From the NCBI GenBank assembly GCA_910579105.1, contig CAJTRT010000008.1, positions 1,650 to 65,649 of the forward strand: a DNA stretch of 64,000 nucleotides, in the 5' to 3' direction. The notes under the pieces are model-generated. The model saw only the letters and a program-made list of their open reading frames with translations, had not been told where the DNA came from and did no database searches. A program made the translations under genes and the position numbers. Below, piece after piece: positions 28,753 through 39,056 of this stretch (position 1 is its first letter; each line of letters begins with the position of its first letter). This stretch comes from an uncultured Muribaculaceae bacterium. Lineage in GTDB: Bacteria; Bacteroidota; Bacteroidia; Bacteroidales; Muribaculaceae.

Positions 28753-31700
28753 ATGAAAAGACAAATCCTAAGCGCGATCCTGCTGTTCTTCATGGCGGTC
28801 GCCGCACAGGCGCAGGAACTAACCGTGCACGGCACGGTGGTCTCCGCCGCCGACAAGGAGCCGCTGATCGGAGCCTCCGTGGTTTCCGACGCGACAAAGA
28901 AAGGAGTCTCAACCGACATCGACGGCAACTTCATCCTTACAGTGCCCTCCGGGTCGAAAGTGACAGTAAGCTATGTGGGCTTCGAGCCTAAAACACTCCC
29001 GGCCGCACCTCAGATGACGTTCGAACTTGACGAGAACAACGCCCTGCTCGACGAGGTGGTCGTAGTCGGCTACCAGACGGTGCGCAAGGCCGACCTCACC
29101 GGAGCGGTCGCCGTGATGGATATGAAGGAGCCGCTGAGCGAGAACTCCGGCAACATTATGAACTCCATGGCGGGCAAACTCCCCGGGGTGCTCGTGGTGC
29201 CCGACGCCGCCCCCGGCGGCACAGGCTCGATCCGCGTCCGCGGCATGTCGACCGCCAATTCGAGCAACGACCCGCTGTATATCATCGACGGCGTGCCCAC
29301 CGACAACATCAACATGATCAACCCCGCCGACATCGAGAGCATGCAGGTGCTGAAAGACGCCGCTTCCGCCTCCATCTACGGCTCGCGCGCCGCCAACGGC
29401 GTTGTGATCATCACCACCAAGCAGGGCAAGGGTGACAAACTCACCGTCAGCGTCAACTACGCCATCAGCGCCCAGACCATCGCCAAGCGCTACGAGATGC
29501 TGAACGCCGAGGAGTGGGGCCGCGCCTACTGGGCCGCCTCCAAGCGCTCCAACATCCCTCCCAGCCACGTGCTCTACGGCAACGGCCCCGTGCCCGTGCT
29601 GCAAAAATACGTCGGGGGCGACACCAACTTCCCCACCACCGACACCGACTGGCAGGACGAGGTTTACCGCACAGCCTGGACCAACAACGTGACCGCCACC
29701 GTGGCCAACAACTCCGAGAAAGGCTCGGTGCTCTTCTCCGCCAACTACATCAACCAGAACGGCAACATCCGCGAGACTTTCTACGAGCGCTACTCGGCCC
29801 GCGTCAACTCCCACTACAACATAGGCAAGTACTTCACCGTGGGCGAGAACCTCGCCATTGCCCGGTGGAGCAACCGGGGCGTTGACGTCGCGGGCGACCG
29901 AGGCATACCCTTCACGGCCATGAGCCAGCATCCCGCGCTTCCCGTGCGCGGCCTCAACGGCGAGTGGGCGCGTCCCATAGCCCTGATCGCTTCCGACCTG
30001 GCAAACCCGGTGCAGCTCATCGAGAACGCCAAGGACAACGTCAACACCTCGTGGCGCATCCTGGGCAACGCCTACCTCGAGGTGAAGCCCATCGACGGCC
30101 TCTCGATAAAGACGAATATCGGTATCGAGCACAGCCAGTACTTCAACGTCGGCCTCGGCCGCGCCACCAACCCCGGCGACATCAACAGCGTCAGCAGCGG
30201 CTACGGACAGGGGGACACCTGGACCTGGACCAACACAGCCAACTACGTCAAGACTTTCGGCAAGGACCACCACCTGACCGCCCTGATCGGCACCGAGGCC
30301 ATCGGCTACACCTTCCGCGACCTCACCGGCTCGCGCCAGGGCTACGCCTTCGAGGACAGCGACTTCATGCAGGTGGGCGCCGGCACAGGCGAACGCGACT
30401 CCGGTGGCGGCAAGACCCAGTGGGCAGTGTTCTCACTCTTCGGCAAAATCGACTACAACTACGCCGACCGCTACCTGGCGTCGTTCACCATCCGCCGCGA
30501 CGAGAACTCGCGCTTCACCAAGAAGAACCGCGCGGGCGTGTTCCCCGCCTTCTCGCTGGCATGGCGTCCGACACAGGAAGCCTTCTTCCCTGAGAACAAC
30601 GTGCTCTCCGACCTCAAAATCCGCTATTCCTGGGGCCAGAACGGCAACGCCAACATCCCGCCACTGTATCCCGCCTACTCCACCTATGTGATGAACACCG
30701 GCAACGGCGCCTACGACATCGCCGGCACAGGGTCCTCCACCACATCGGGCATCACCCTCTCGGCATCGGGCAATCCCAACCTGAAATGGGAGACCACCGT
30801 GCAGAACAACATCGGCGTCGACTTCCTCTTCTTCAACGGAGCGCTGAACCTCACCGCCGACTACTACATCAAGAACACCCGCGACATGCTCACCATACCG
30901 CCCGCCCTCGACGTGGCAGGCGAGAACGCCGCCATCTGGCTCAACACCGGCGAGATGAAGAACCACGGCTGGGAAATACAGATCGGCTACAACAGCCCCC
31001 GGTATGGCGACTTCTCCTGGAACGGCAACATCAACATCTCCCAGTACAAGAACGAGCTTGTGAAACTCAACAACCGCCAGAAATTCATCGGGGGCGACCA
31101 GCGCCTCATCCCCGGACAGCCGATGGGCGTGTACTACGGCTACGTCTGCGACGGCATCTTCCAAAACCGCGAGCAGGTGGCCAACCACGCCACTCAGACC
31201 GGCGCGGCTCCCGGACGACTGATCTACCGCGACCTCGACGGCAACGGAGTGATCGACGACAACGACCGCTGCATAATCGGCGACCCCAACCCCGACCTGT
31301 CGCTGGGTCTGAACCTCGGCTTCAAATACCGCGACTTCGCCCTCGACATGTTCTTCTCCGGCGACTTCGGCTTCGACATCCAGAACCACATGAAGCGCCA
31401 GCTCTACTCCATGAGCTACTCGAACCTCGCGACCAACCGCGCCGCCGACATCCTCAACGCCTGGTCGGAGACCAACACCGGCAGCGACATCCCCGCGCTC
31501 TCGCTCACCGACGACAACAACGAGGCCCGCTTCTCGACCTACTACGTCGAAAACGGCTCGTACATGAAGATGAAGTACCTCAAACTCTCCTACTCTCTTC
31601 CCAAGAAAATCATCGGCAAGATCGGAGCCACCAAGCTCGACGTGTTCGGGCAGGTCGAGAACGTGTTCACGATCACAAAGTACAAGGGACTTGACCCCGA

Positions 31701-31791
31701 ACTCCTCCCGGGCGAATACGGCGCGCGAATCGACAACGGTGCCTACCCGCGTCCCCGCACGTTCACCCTCGGCCTCAACCTCCAGTTCTAA
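28753..31791 (+). CDS. susC: SusC-like TonB-dependent transporter
   Basis: LDEVVVVGY, PLYIIDG, VLKDAASASIYGSRAANGVVIITTK, LKWETT, C-terminal YP.PRT..LGLNLQF; start MKRQIL at 28753. Confidence 0.97.
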   Translation: MKRQILSAILLFFMAVAAQAQELTVHGTVVSAADKEPLIGASVVSDATKKGVSTDIDGNFILTVPSGSKVTVSYVGFEPKTLPAAPQMTFELDENNALLDEVVVVGYQTVRKADLTGAVAVMDMKEPLSENSGNIMNSMAGKLPGVLVVPDAAPGGTGSIRVRGMSTANSSNDPLYIIDGVPTDNINMINPADIESMQVLKDAASASIYGSRAANGVVIITTKQGKGDKLTVSVNYAISAQTIAKRYEMLNAEEWGRAYWAASKRSNIPPSHVLYGNGPVPVLQKYVGGDTNFPTTDTDWQDEVYRTAWTNNVTATVANNSEKGSVLFSANYINQNGNIRETFYERYSARVNSHYNIGKYFTVGENLAIARWSNRGVDVAGDRGIPFTAMSQHPALPVRGLNGEWARPIALIASDLANPVQLIENAKDNVNTSWRILGNAYLEVKPIDGLSIKTNIGIEHSQYFNVGLGRATNPGDINSVSSGYGQGDTWTWTNTANYVKTFGKDHHLTALIGTEAIGYTFRDLTGSRQGYAFEDSDFMQVGAGTGERDSGGGKTQWAVFSLFGKIDYNYADRYLASFTIRRDENSRFTKKNRAGVFPAFSLAWRPTQEAFFPENNVLSDLKIRYSWGQNGNANIPPLYPAYSTYVMNTGNGAYDIAGTGSSTTSGITLSASGNPNLKWETTVQNNIGVDFLFFNGALNLTADYYIKNTRDMLTIPPALDVAGENAAIWLNTGEMKNHGWEIQIGYNSPRYGDFSWNGNINISQYKNELVKLNNRQKFIGGDQRLIPGQPMGVYYGYVCDGIFQNREQVANHATQTGAAPGRLIYRDLDGNGVIDDNDRCIIGDPNPDLSLGLNLGFKYRDFALDMFFSGDFGFDIQNHMKRQLYSMSYSNLATNRAADILNAWSETNTGSDIPALSLTDDNNEARFSTYYVENGSYMKMKYLKLSYSLPKKIIGKIGATKLDVFGQVENVFTITKYKGLDPELLPGEYGARIDNGAYPRPRTFTLGLNLQF

Positions 31792-31809
31792 CCACTCACC
31801 GAAATCAAA

Positions 31810-33486
31810 ATGAAAAACTTCAACAGATACATAAAGAGCGCCGCCGCGATCCTCTGCGCCCTCTCGATGGGAGTGGCCGGGACCTCCTGCGACGACCTGC
31901 TCGACACCAAGCCCCAGGGGGCTTTCACCTCGGAACAGATAGGCGACGAAGAGGCCGTGGAGCTGATGACAGCCGCCTACGCCACACTGATGTGCCACTT
32001 CTTCGGCAATAACGAATCCTTCGCCGGCCCGATCAACAACTGGGTGTTCGACGTGCGTTCCGACGATGCCTACAAAGGTGGCGACGGCGTGACGATGGAA
32101 GGCTACATGCACCAGCTCGAAGTGGGCAACGTGCAGAGCGACAACGCGGTGTGCGACTTCAAGTGGCGCAACAACTACTTCTCGGTCAGCCGCTGCAACA
32201 CCGCCATCCGCGCCATCAAGGCCGCCGGGAGCCTCTCGGCCGAGACCCGCGACTCCTACATCGCCGAGATGAAGACGCTCCGCGCCTACTACTATTTCGA
32301 CATGCTGCGCATCTTCGAGAAGTTCCCCTATTTCGACGAGAACGTGGCCGACCCCAGCTCCTGCCGCGCCGACCAGTACTCCCGCGACCAGATCGCCGAA
32401 TTCATCAAGACCGACCTCAAGAACGCCTACGACATCCTCCCCGACGCACAGGAAGAGGTGGGCCGCTTCAACCGCTTCGTGGCTGCCGCGATTCTCGCGA
32501 AAGTGGCCCTGTTCACCCACGACTATCCACTGGCTGAAACCTACGCTGGCTACGTCATCGGCAGCGGCAAGTACCAGCTGTACCCCAACTTCCTCGACAT
32601 GTCGAAGCCGGAGTTCAACAACCAGTACGAGGCAGTGCTGGCCGTGCAGTTCTCCTCGGCCAACAACGGGGCGCAGTACAACTACAACAACTGCCTGAAC
32701 TGCACATGGAGCGAGGGCAACCTCTACGGCAACGGCGATGACTTCTATCTCGGCTCGCAGAACCTGGTGAACGCCTTCCGCACCGACGCGCAGGGTCTCC
32801 CCTACCTCGACGGCACATTCAACGACGAGGACGTTGACGGCCCGGAATACGCCGGTAACGTGGACCCGCGCCTCGACTTCACATTCGGCCGCATCGGCAT
32901 GCCCTGGCGCTCGCACAACTACAACGAGAAGTGGTGCCGCAACTACGACCTCTACGGCCAGTACTCCGGCAAAAAGCCCTACCCGGCCCCCGAGAACCCC
33001 GCCGTGAAGCCCGGCATCGTGCCCTGGGGTGCCAGCTCGCTCAACATGCACCTGATCCGCTACGCCGACGTTATGCTGATGAAGGCAGAAGCCCTGATCG
33101 AGCAGAACAAGGAACTCGAAGAGGCCCGCACCCTCATCAACGACATCCGCGCCCGCGCCGAGCGCTCGGTCGATCCCTCCTATACCCCGGTCGACTGTAA
33201 CCCGATGATCGCCAACTACGCCGTGGGCCAGTATCCCGCCACGGGCTGGAACCAGGACTACGCCCGCCGCGCCGTGCGCATGGAACGCCGCATAGAGCTG
33301 GCCATGGAGGGACACCGCTGGTTCGACCTCGTGCGCTGGGGGACAGCCGTCGAGACAGTCAACGCCTACTACGCCTCGGAGGTGAAAATCCGCCCGTACT
33401 ACACCGGCGCCAACCTGTCGGAGGACGAAATCTATTTCCCGATACCCATCGGCCAGGTTGACAACGCCGGTGACCTCTACAAGTGA
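31810..33486 (+). CDS. susD: SusD-like glycan-binding lipoprotein
   Basis: Lipobox TS-C, LRA.YYF, IRYADV.LM.AEA, ERRIELAMEGHRWFDLVRWG. Confidence 0.96.
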   Translation: MKNFNRYIKSAAAILCALSMGVAGTSCDDLLDTKPQGAFTSEQIGDEEAVELMTAAYATLMCHFFGNNESFAGPINNWVFDVRSDDAYKGGDGVTMEGYMHQLEVGNVQSDNAVCDFKWRNNYFSVSRCNTAIRAIKAAGSLSAETRDSYIAEMKTLRAYYYFDMLRIFEKFPYFDENVADPSSCRADQYSRDQIAEFIKTDLKNAYDILPDAQEEVGRFNRFVAAAILAKVALFTHDYPLAETYAGYVIGSGKYQLYPNFLDMSKPEFNNQYEAVLAVQFSSANNGAQYNYNNCLNCTWSEGNLYGNGDDFYLGSQNLVNAFRTDAQGLPYLDGTFNDEDVDGPEYAGNVDPRLDFTFGRIGMPWRSHNYNEKWCRNYDLYGQYSGKKPYPAPENPAVKPGIVPWGASSLNMHLIRYADVMLMKAEALIEQNKELEEARTLINDIRARAERSVDPSYTPVDCNPMIANYAVGQYPATGWNQDYARRAVRMERRIELAMEGHRWFDLVRWGTAVETVNAYYASEVKIRPYYTGANLSEDEIYFPIPIGQVDNAGDLYK

Positions 33487-33511
33487 ACAACCTTAAACCG
33501 CATACTTAAAG

Positions 33512-34981
33512 ATGAAAAATATAGCTAAAAAATGGTTCGGCCTCGCGGCGCTCGCCTTAGGCTTCGCCATGACCGGCTGCTCCGACTTCGAGCCTACCGG
33601 ACTGCCAGAAGAGGTTCCGTCGCTGGCGAAAGTCAGCAACCTGACGGCCACGGTCTCCGGCCACGACATCGACCTGACCTGGACGCTTCCAAACGCCTCC
33701 GGCATCGAGGGGCTGGTACTCACACACAACGCCGCGGCGGCGTCGGCCATCGAGCTTCCCGCCGACGCGACATCCTACACCATCGTAGGGCAACCATTCG
33801 AAGAAGAACACCTCTACACCGTGAAGGTGAAATATGACGGCGGATATGTATCCGAAGGTGTCTCCGTTACGGCCGTCCTCCCGCATGAGGACCTGGCCGA
33901 CGTCACCGACCTCACGGCTTCCGTCTCCGGCCGCACCGTCACCCTGGCCTGGACGCTCCCCGCGGCCGACGGCATCACCGGCGTGACGGTGGTACGCGGC
34001 GACAACGGCGAGGAAACCCGCCTGGCCGCCGACGCGACCGGCTGTGTGCTCGAGAAGCAGCCCGTCGACACCAAGGTAACCTATACCGTGAAGGTTGTCT
34101 ACGACACCCACTACGCGTCGGAAGGCACTTCTGTCGAGGCCACCATCCCCTACATCCAGACCAAGATGGCCTTCCTGCTGCTGGCCTCCTCCCCCGCCGA
34201 CCTGCCCGACGACGACGAACGCGCCGCCGCGGCATGGTTCGCAGCCCAGGAAAACGCCGAGCTTATACAGGCTTCGCAGCTCGCGGCCCTCGACGCCGAC
34301 ATCTATCCCGTACTCTGGATCATGGTCGACCGCGTGGGCACACCCGTCGGATGGAAGAACCTTCCCTCGGCCATAACCTCCGACGACGCGATCGACGCCC
34401 TCAAACGCTACTCGGCAAACGGCGGCTCGCTCTACCTCTCAAACATGGCCACGCAGCTCACCGTGCCCCTGGGATTCGTGCCCGACAATATGGCGCCGAC
34501 CGTCTACGGCAACGGCGACGGCGGCAGCGGCGACGACGTCTGGACGATCAACGCGTACCTCGGATGGGACTTCCGCGACGGCTCAGACCAGGGCTTCTAC
34601 GACCGCACCTCCCACGCGATTTTCAAAGACCTGGAATTTGCCGACCCCAACAACTACGGCTACCAGAGCCTGCCTCTGATCGGCCCGGGCCAGCGCGAGG
34701 ATCACAACTGCCTCTGGGATTGCAACATCTACGGCAAGGGGAACTCCGCCGACGTGATACGCAACTTCGAGGTCACAACCAACTCGCTCGTGCTCGCCAC
34801 CTGGGGACACGTCCGCGACCACTGTGTGGCCGGACTGGTAGAGTTCTACTCCAACGCCGACCACGGCAAGTGCGTGGCCAACGGCTTCGCCGCCTACGAA
34901 TGGAACCAGAACTCGGGCGCCAACCCCTACCAGCACAACATCGAGCAGCTGACATCCAACATCCTCAACTACTTGAAATAA
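33512..34981 (+). CDS. Surface glycan-binding lipoprotein (two FN3-like repeats + DUF4960-like domain)
   Basis: Lipobox TG-C, duplicated V..LTA.VSG..V.L.WTLP...Y.VKV.YD..Y.SEG.SV repeats, C-terminal DDE.AAA.WF...W..VDR...REDHNC.WD domain. Confidence 0.8.
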   Translation: MKNIAKKWFGLAALALGFAMTGCSDFEPTGLPEEVPSLAKVSNLTATVSGHDIDLTWTLPNASGIEGLVLTHNAAAASAIELPADATSYTIVGQPFEEEHLYTVKVKYDGGYVSEGVSVTAVLPHEDLADVTDLTASVSGRTVTLAWTLPAADGITGVTVVRGDNGEETRLAADATGCVLEKQPVDTKVTYTVKVVYDTHYASEGTSVEATIPYIQTKMAFLLLASSPADLPDDDERAAAAWFAAQENAELIQASQLAALDADIYPVLWIMVDRVGTPVGWKNLPSAITSDDAIDALKRYSANGGSLYLSNMATQLTVPLGFVPDNMAPTVYGNGDGGSGDDVWTINAYLGWDFRDGSDQGFYDRTSHAIFKDLEFADPNNYGYQSLPLIGPGQREDHNCLWDCNIYGKGNSADVIRNFEVTTNSLVLATWGHVRDHCVAGLVEFYSNADHGKCVANGFAAYEWNQNSGANPYQHNIEQLTSNILNYLK

Positions 34982-35003
34982 GGAAATCCACACACCATAC
35001 CCA

Positions 35004-35042
35004 AGCCGGGCGGCGACCGCGTCTGCCTGCCGCCGCCCGGCT
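35004..35042 (+). other. Intergenic GC-rich hairpin inside the PUL (possible mRNA stabiliser or attenuator)
   Basis: AGCCGGGCGGCG / CGCCGCCCGGCT 12-bp stem with no adjacent U-tract. Confidence 0.5.
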
Positions 35043-35108
35043 CTCACAACCAACATCAATAGCGGACTATCTTTTTTTGACAACCAGTCAGACAAAAAAC
35101 ATTTACTT

Positions 35109-36221
35109 ATGAACAAATTAATACTCTCCTCGATCGCCGCCCTCGCGATGGCCTCCCCAGCAGCCGTATCGGCCAATCCGCGCACAGCCATCCTCATCGG
35201 CTATCCCGACGCCGCCAGCATCGACAACTTCCAGGAAGCAGCCGCCGTGCAGCTCTTCAAGGAACTGAACTCCGACGGCACCGTGATCGCGGCCGGCGAG
35301 ACATCGAAAATCACAGCCGACAACCTCGACTGCGTCTGGATCCACATCGACCGCGTAGGGGCCGGCAAAGGAAACCTCCCCGCCGAGTTCTCAAACGAGG
35401 CCACCATCACTGCCCTGAAACAATTCGTCACCGACGGCGGCTGCCTCTACCTCTCGAAGCAGGCAACACAGCTCCTCACCAAAATCGGACGCGTCGACCC
35501 CAAGTTCGAGGTAAACATCTATGGCGACGGAGAAGGCGGCAAGGGCACAGACGTGTGGACCGTCAACGCCCAGATCGGCTATTGGTTCGTGCAGGAGCAG
35601 GATTCTGAAACCAAGGAACACTACGATCCCGAACAGTTCTACGACCACCGCGACCACCCCATCTACAAGGATCTGGCCACTAACGGCGACTTCGCCTGCG
35701 AGACATTCGGCCTGCTCGGTACCGCCGACGGCACCGAGATGCACCGCGAGGACCACAACTGCATGTGGGACTTCAACGCATACCAGTACACCTCCGAAGG
35801 CAAGAACACCGTCGAGAAGTTCCAGAACGAAAACAACGCCGTAGTGCTCGGCGCGTGGGGCCACGTCATTGACCACGCCTGCGCCGGAATCATCGAATTC
35901 CTCCCCCGCGAACTCTCCCGTGCCGAAGGCGTGGCCGAGCCTGGACGCATTATCGCCAACGGCCTCGCAGCCTATGAGCTTTCGCCCCGCAGCGGCAAGA
36001 ACGGCAGTGCCGAAAACATCAAGAAGCTGACCGCCAACACCATCAACTACCTCGCGGCGCAGGCTGCCACCACCGCCGTTGAGGAAGTGGCCGGCGAAAA
36101 CGCCGACGCGCCACGCGAATACTTCAACCTGCAAGGTCTCCAAGTCAATGCCGAAGCCCTCACCCCCGGCATCTACGTCGTGCGCCAGGGCGCCAAGACC
36201 TCGAAAGTCGTTATTAGATAA
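35109..36221 (+). CDS. Secreted DUF4960-like protein with T9SS-like C-terminal tail
   Basis: Sec signal; shares WI..DRVG, GG.LYLS..ATQL, REDHNC.WD and WGHV.DH with the upstream lipoprotein; ends YFNLQG...PGIYVV...K. Confidence 0.78.
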   Translation: MNKLILSSIAALAMASPAAVSANPRTAILIGYPDAASIDNFQEAAAVQLFKELNSDGTVIAAGETSKITADNLDCVWIHIDRVGAGKGNLPAEFSNEATITALKQFVTDGGCLYLSKQATQLLTKIGRVDPKFEVNIYGDGEGGKGTDVWTVNAQIGYWFVQEQDSETKEHYDPEQFYDHRDHPIYKDLATNGDFACETFGLLGTADGTEMHREDHNCMWDFNAYQYTSEGKNTVEKFQNENNAVVLGAWGHVIDHACAGIIEFLPRELSRAEGVAEPGRIIANGLAAYELSPRSGKNGSAENIKKLTANTINYLAAQAATTAVEEVAGENADAPREYFNLQGLQVNAEALTPGIYVVRQGAKTSKVVIR

Positions 36222-36223
36222 GC

Positions 36224-38587
36224 ATGAAAAAAATCAGCAAACTCATCGCCGCGGCCTCGCTGGCGGCAGTCGCACAGACTGCCGCGGCGGGGCTCGTGGC
36301 CCATTTCCCCATGGACGTGCGCTCGGGGCAGATCGTCGAGAGTGTCAGCGGCGAACGCTTCGCCGTGCAGGGCCACTTCTCCCCCGAAAACGTCCCGGGA
36401 GCCGTCGGTCAGGCGCTCCGCTTCGACGGCTACACCAGCCATATAGAAGCCTCGCTGGGAAGCATACTCCCCGAAGGGTGCAAGCGGATGACGGTCGCGA
36501 TGTGGGTGGCCACCCCGAGCTACCCCATAATACAGATAGACACCGACACCAGCGAGAAGACCCCCATCGCGACCTGTATAAACGAGGCCGACAAGACCGG
36601 CTTCGGATTCTACATCGGCTTCAACGGCAAATACTCGTTCCGCACCTATGTCGGAGGATGGCCGCTGAACATCGACGTTGACACCCCGCTGCCCACATAC
36701 CGGTGGAACTGCCTGACGGCGGTCATCGACTGCGAGGCCCGCTCTGCCAAGCTCTACAACAACGGGGTGGAGGTCGGTTCGGGCCGCGCCAACGGCACCC
36801 TGGCCATGACCCGCTCCAATTTCTATATGGGCCAGGGCACGGAGTCGCGTATGAGCGGCCCCTTCGAGCTTATGTCGTTCAACGGGCTGATCGACGACAT
36901 CTCCGTATGGGACGAAGCCATAGACCCCGCGACCATACAGAGCTGGAAGCCGGAGAACGCCCCCGACCTCGACATTCCAGCCTCGCGCTTCGCGGGGCAG
37001 CTCCTGCGTCCCCGGTTCCACGGGATGCCCGCCGCCGGATGGACCAACGAGTGCCACGGGATGGTATATTCCGCCGGACGCTACCACCTCTTCTTCCAGA
37101 AGAACGCCGACGGCCCTTATATGGCGCGCCTCCACTGGGGTCATATTTCCAGCGAGAACCTCTACGACTGGCGCGAGGAGAAAATAGCCCTCGCCCCCGG
37201 CGACCCCTACGACATAAAGGGGTGCTGGAGCGGGTGCGTGTTCACCGACGACGTGATAACCGGCGGCCGGCCCAACATTCTCTATACCGCCGTGGACTAC
37301 GGCAAGGCCTCGATCGCCCAGGCCGCGCCGGCCTCGGCGGCACTCAACGACTGGACGAAATCAGACAAGAACCCGATTATCTCCGGCCGGCCCGGCGGAC
37401 TTTCCGATGATTTCCGCGACCCTTACTTCTTCCGCTCCGGCGACAATGCCTATATCATCGTCGGCTCGTCGAAAAACGGAATCGGGACCACCACGCTCCA
37501 CCGCTACTCACCCGCAAGCGGGTCGTGGAGCAACAGCGGCGACCTGTTCTTCACCGGCTCCAACGCGGCGTCAGACGGTGTGTTCTGGGAGATGCCGAAC
37601 ATCACCGAGATGCCCGATGGCCGCTGGCTCTTCACCGCCACCCCTCTGGGAACCTCGCAAGGTGTGCGCACTCTCTACTGGACAGGCTCGATAGCCGCCG
37701 ACGGCACTTTCCTGCCCGCGTCGGCGACCCCGAAACTGGTAGAGATGACCTCGCGCGACGGCTTCGGCCTCCTCTCACCCACGATTTACCGCCACGACGG
37801 CAAGACAATCGCCCTTGGAATCGTGCCCGACAAGCTGTCGTCAAACTCCAACTGGGACCTTGGCTGGGCACATTGCTACTCACTGCCCCGCGAATGGTCG
37901 CTGGCTGCCGACGGCTCACTGACGCAGAAGCCCTACGAAGGCCTCACCGGCCTGCGCGGCCAGGTCGCTTTCGCCCGCAATGGGTTCGACCTTGCCGGCG
38001 CCGTCGACCTGTCGCCAGTGAAGGGGCGCGAGGTGGAAATCCTCGGCTCTTTCAAAATAGGGATGAACCCGTTCGGATTCAAGATTTTCAAAAATTCCAC
38101 CGCCGAAGCTGCCATCACCTACAACCCCACCGCGGGCGAGCTGGTGGCCGATTTCAGCGCCCTACACCGCCTGGTCAACGACGGCGGAGCCTACGACGGC
38201 ATCTACCGCTGCCCGCTCCCGACGCGTCCGGCACTCGGAAGCACGCTGAAGCTCAACGTGTTCATCGACCACTCGATCGTTGACATCTTCATCAACGACA
38301 CCTGGGCGACATCGATACGAGTGTTCCCGACCGACGCCGATGCCAATGGGATAGAAGCGTTCTCCGACGGAACTACGCAGGTCTACGACCTCAACGCCTG
38401 GGTGCTCACTCCCGCTGGCGCGGCTGGAATCACCGGCGTCACCGCCGACCATCCCGAGATTTCGCTGACCGACGTGTACAACCTGCAAGGCTCGCTGGTA
38501 AAAGCCGGCGTTCCTGCCGACCGCGCGACCGACGGCCTACCGGCCGGCATCTACGTGGCCTCGGGCCGCAAGTTCGTTGTCAGATAA
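36224..38587 (+). CDS. Secreted GH32 with N-terminal LamG/ConA-like domain and T9SS-like tail (probable endo-acting fructanase)
   Basis: LamG (GQALRFDG...LY.NG...FNGLIDDI..W), GH32 motifs WTNECHG, WSG, FRDP and WEMP, C-terminal VYNLQG...GLPAGIYV..GRK. Confidence 0.88.
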   Translation: MKKISKLIAAASLAAVAQTAAAGLVAHFPMDVRSGQIVESVSGERFAVQGHFSPENVPGAVGQALRFDGYTSHIEASLGSILPEGCKRMTVAMWVATPSYPIIQIDTDTSEKTPIATCINEADKTGFGFYIGFNGKYSFRTYVGGWPLNIDVDTPLPTYRWNCLTAVIDCEARSAKLYNNGVEVGSGRANGTLAMTRSNFYMGQGTESRMSGPFELMSFNGLIDDISVWDEAIDPATIQSWKPENAPDLDIPASRFAGQLLRPRFHGMPAAGWTNECHGMVYSAGRYHLFFQKNADGPYMARLHWGHISSENLYDWREEKIALAPGDPYDIKGCWSGCVFTDDVITGGRPNILYTAVDYGKASIAQAAPASAALNDWTKSDKNPIISGRPGGLSDDFRDPYFFRSGDNAYIIVGSSKNGIGTTTLHRYSPASGSWSNSGDLFFTGSNAASDGVFWEMPNITEMPDGRWLFTATPLGTSQGVRTLYWTGSIAADGTFLPASATPKLVEMTSRDGFGLLSPTIYRHDGKTIALGIVPDKLSSNSNWDLGWAHCYSLPREWSLAADGSLTQKPYEGLTGLRGQVAFARNGFDLAGAVDLSPVKGREVEILGSFKIGMNPFGFKIFKNSTAEAAITYNPTAGELVADFSALHRLVNDGGAYDGIYRCPLPTRPALGSTLKLNVFIDHSIVDIFINDTWATSIRVFPTDADANGIEAFSDGTTQVYDLNAWVLTPAGAAGITGVTADHPEISLTDVYNLQGSLVKAGVPADRATDGLPAGIYVASGRKFVVR

Positions 38588-38658
38588 ACACAAATCTCCC
38601 GCACAACACGCTTCGCGAGAAGCCGGCAAATAATTTTATTAGGTAAGGAAGATTGCGA

Positions 38659-38685
38659 AGGGTGGGCGCCAATGGCGCCCACCCT
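38659..38685. terminator. Hairpin between convergent genes, probable bidirectional terminator
   Basis: AGGGTGGGCGCC-AAT-GGCGCCCACCCT. Confidence 0.6.
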
Positions 38686-38714
38686 CACTATGTTTTAAAA
38701 TATAATAACCTATA

Positions 38715-39056
38715 TCAGGGCTCACTCAACAGCGCTTCGACTTCCTGTTTAAGCAACGGCATGTGGTTGACCACAATACCCCAAAGTATATCAGGCTTCA
38801 ATGAATCGTAAGCGTGAATCACGAAATTCCGCGTGTCAACCACCTTCCTGGCAGCGGTAATCGGTATATCCGGGTTAATCTTCAATACCTGGTTCATCGC
38901 TTCACCCATAATTTCCATATTACGTTCCACACCTCTCCTGAACAAGGTGTCGTTGCAGAATGTGGAATACTCCTTTGGGCGGTCTTCTAGAAAAGATTCT
39001 ATTTCTAAAATCGAAGACAGAATATCTGACAGATATTTTCCGAGTTTTCTATCCAT
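38715..39056 (-). CDS. hepT: HEPN (DUF86/HepT-like) RNase toxin
   Basis: VER..EI.GEA and RNFVIHAY (R-x4-H-x-Y); overlaps the upstream MNT gene; start MDRKL. Confidence 0.88.
   Translation of the reverse strand: MDRKLGKYLSDILSSILEIESFLEDRPKEYSTFCNDTLFRRGVERNMEIMGEAMNQVLKINPDIPITAARKVVDTRNFVIHAYDSLKPDILWGIVVNHMPLLKQEVEALLSEP

Noticed and set aside
30433..33315. 960-aa minus-strand ORF, plus other long antisense ORFs (735-2078, 23746-25470, 25862-27607, 28909-30273, 39613-40845)
   Set aside because: They are shadow frames opposite well-supported GC-rich genes, with V/G/H/R-rich composition and no recognisable motifs.
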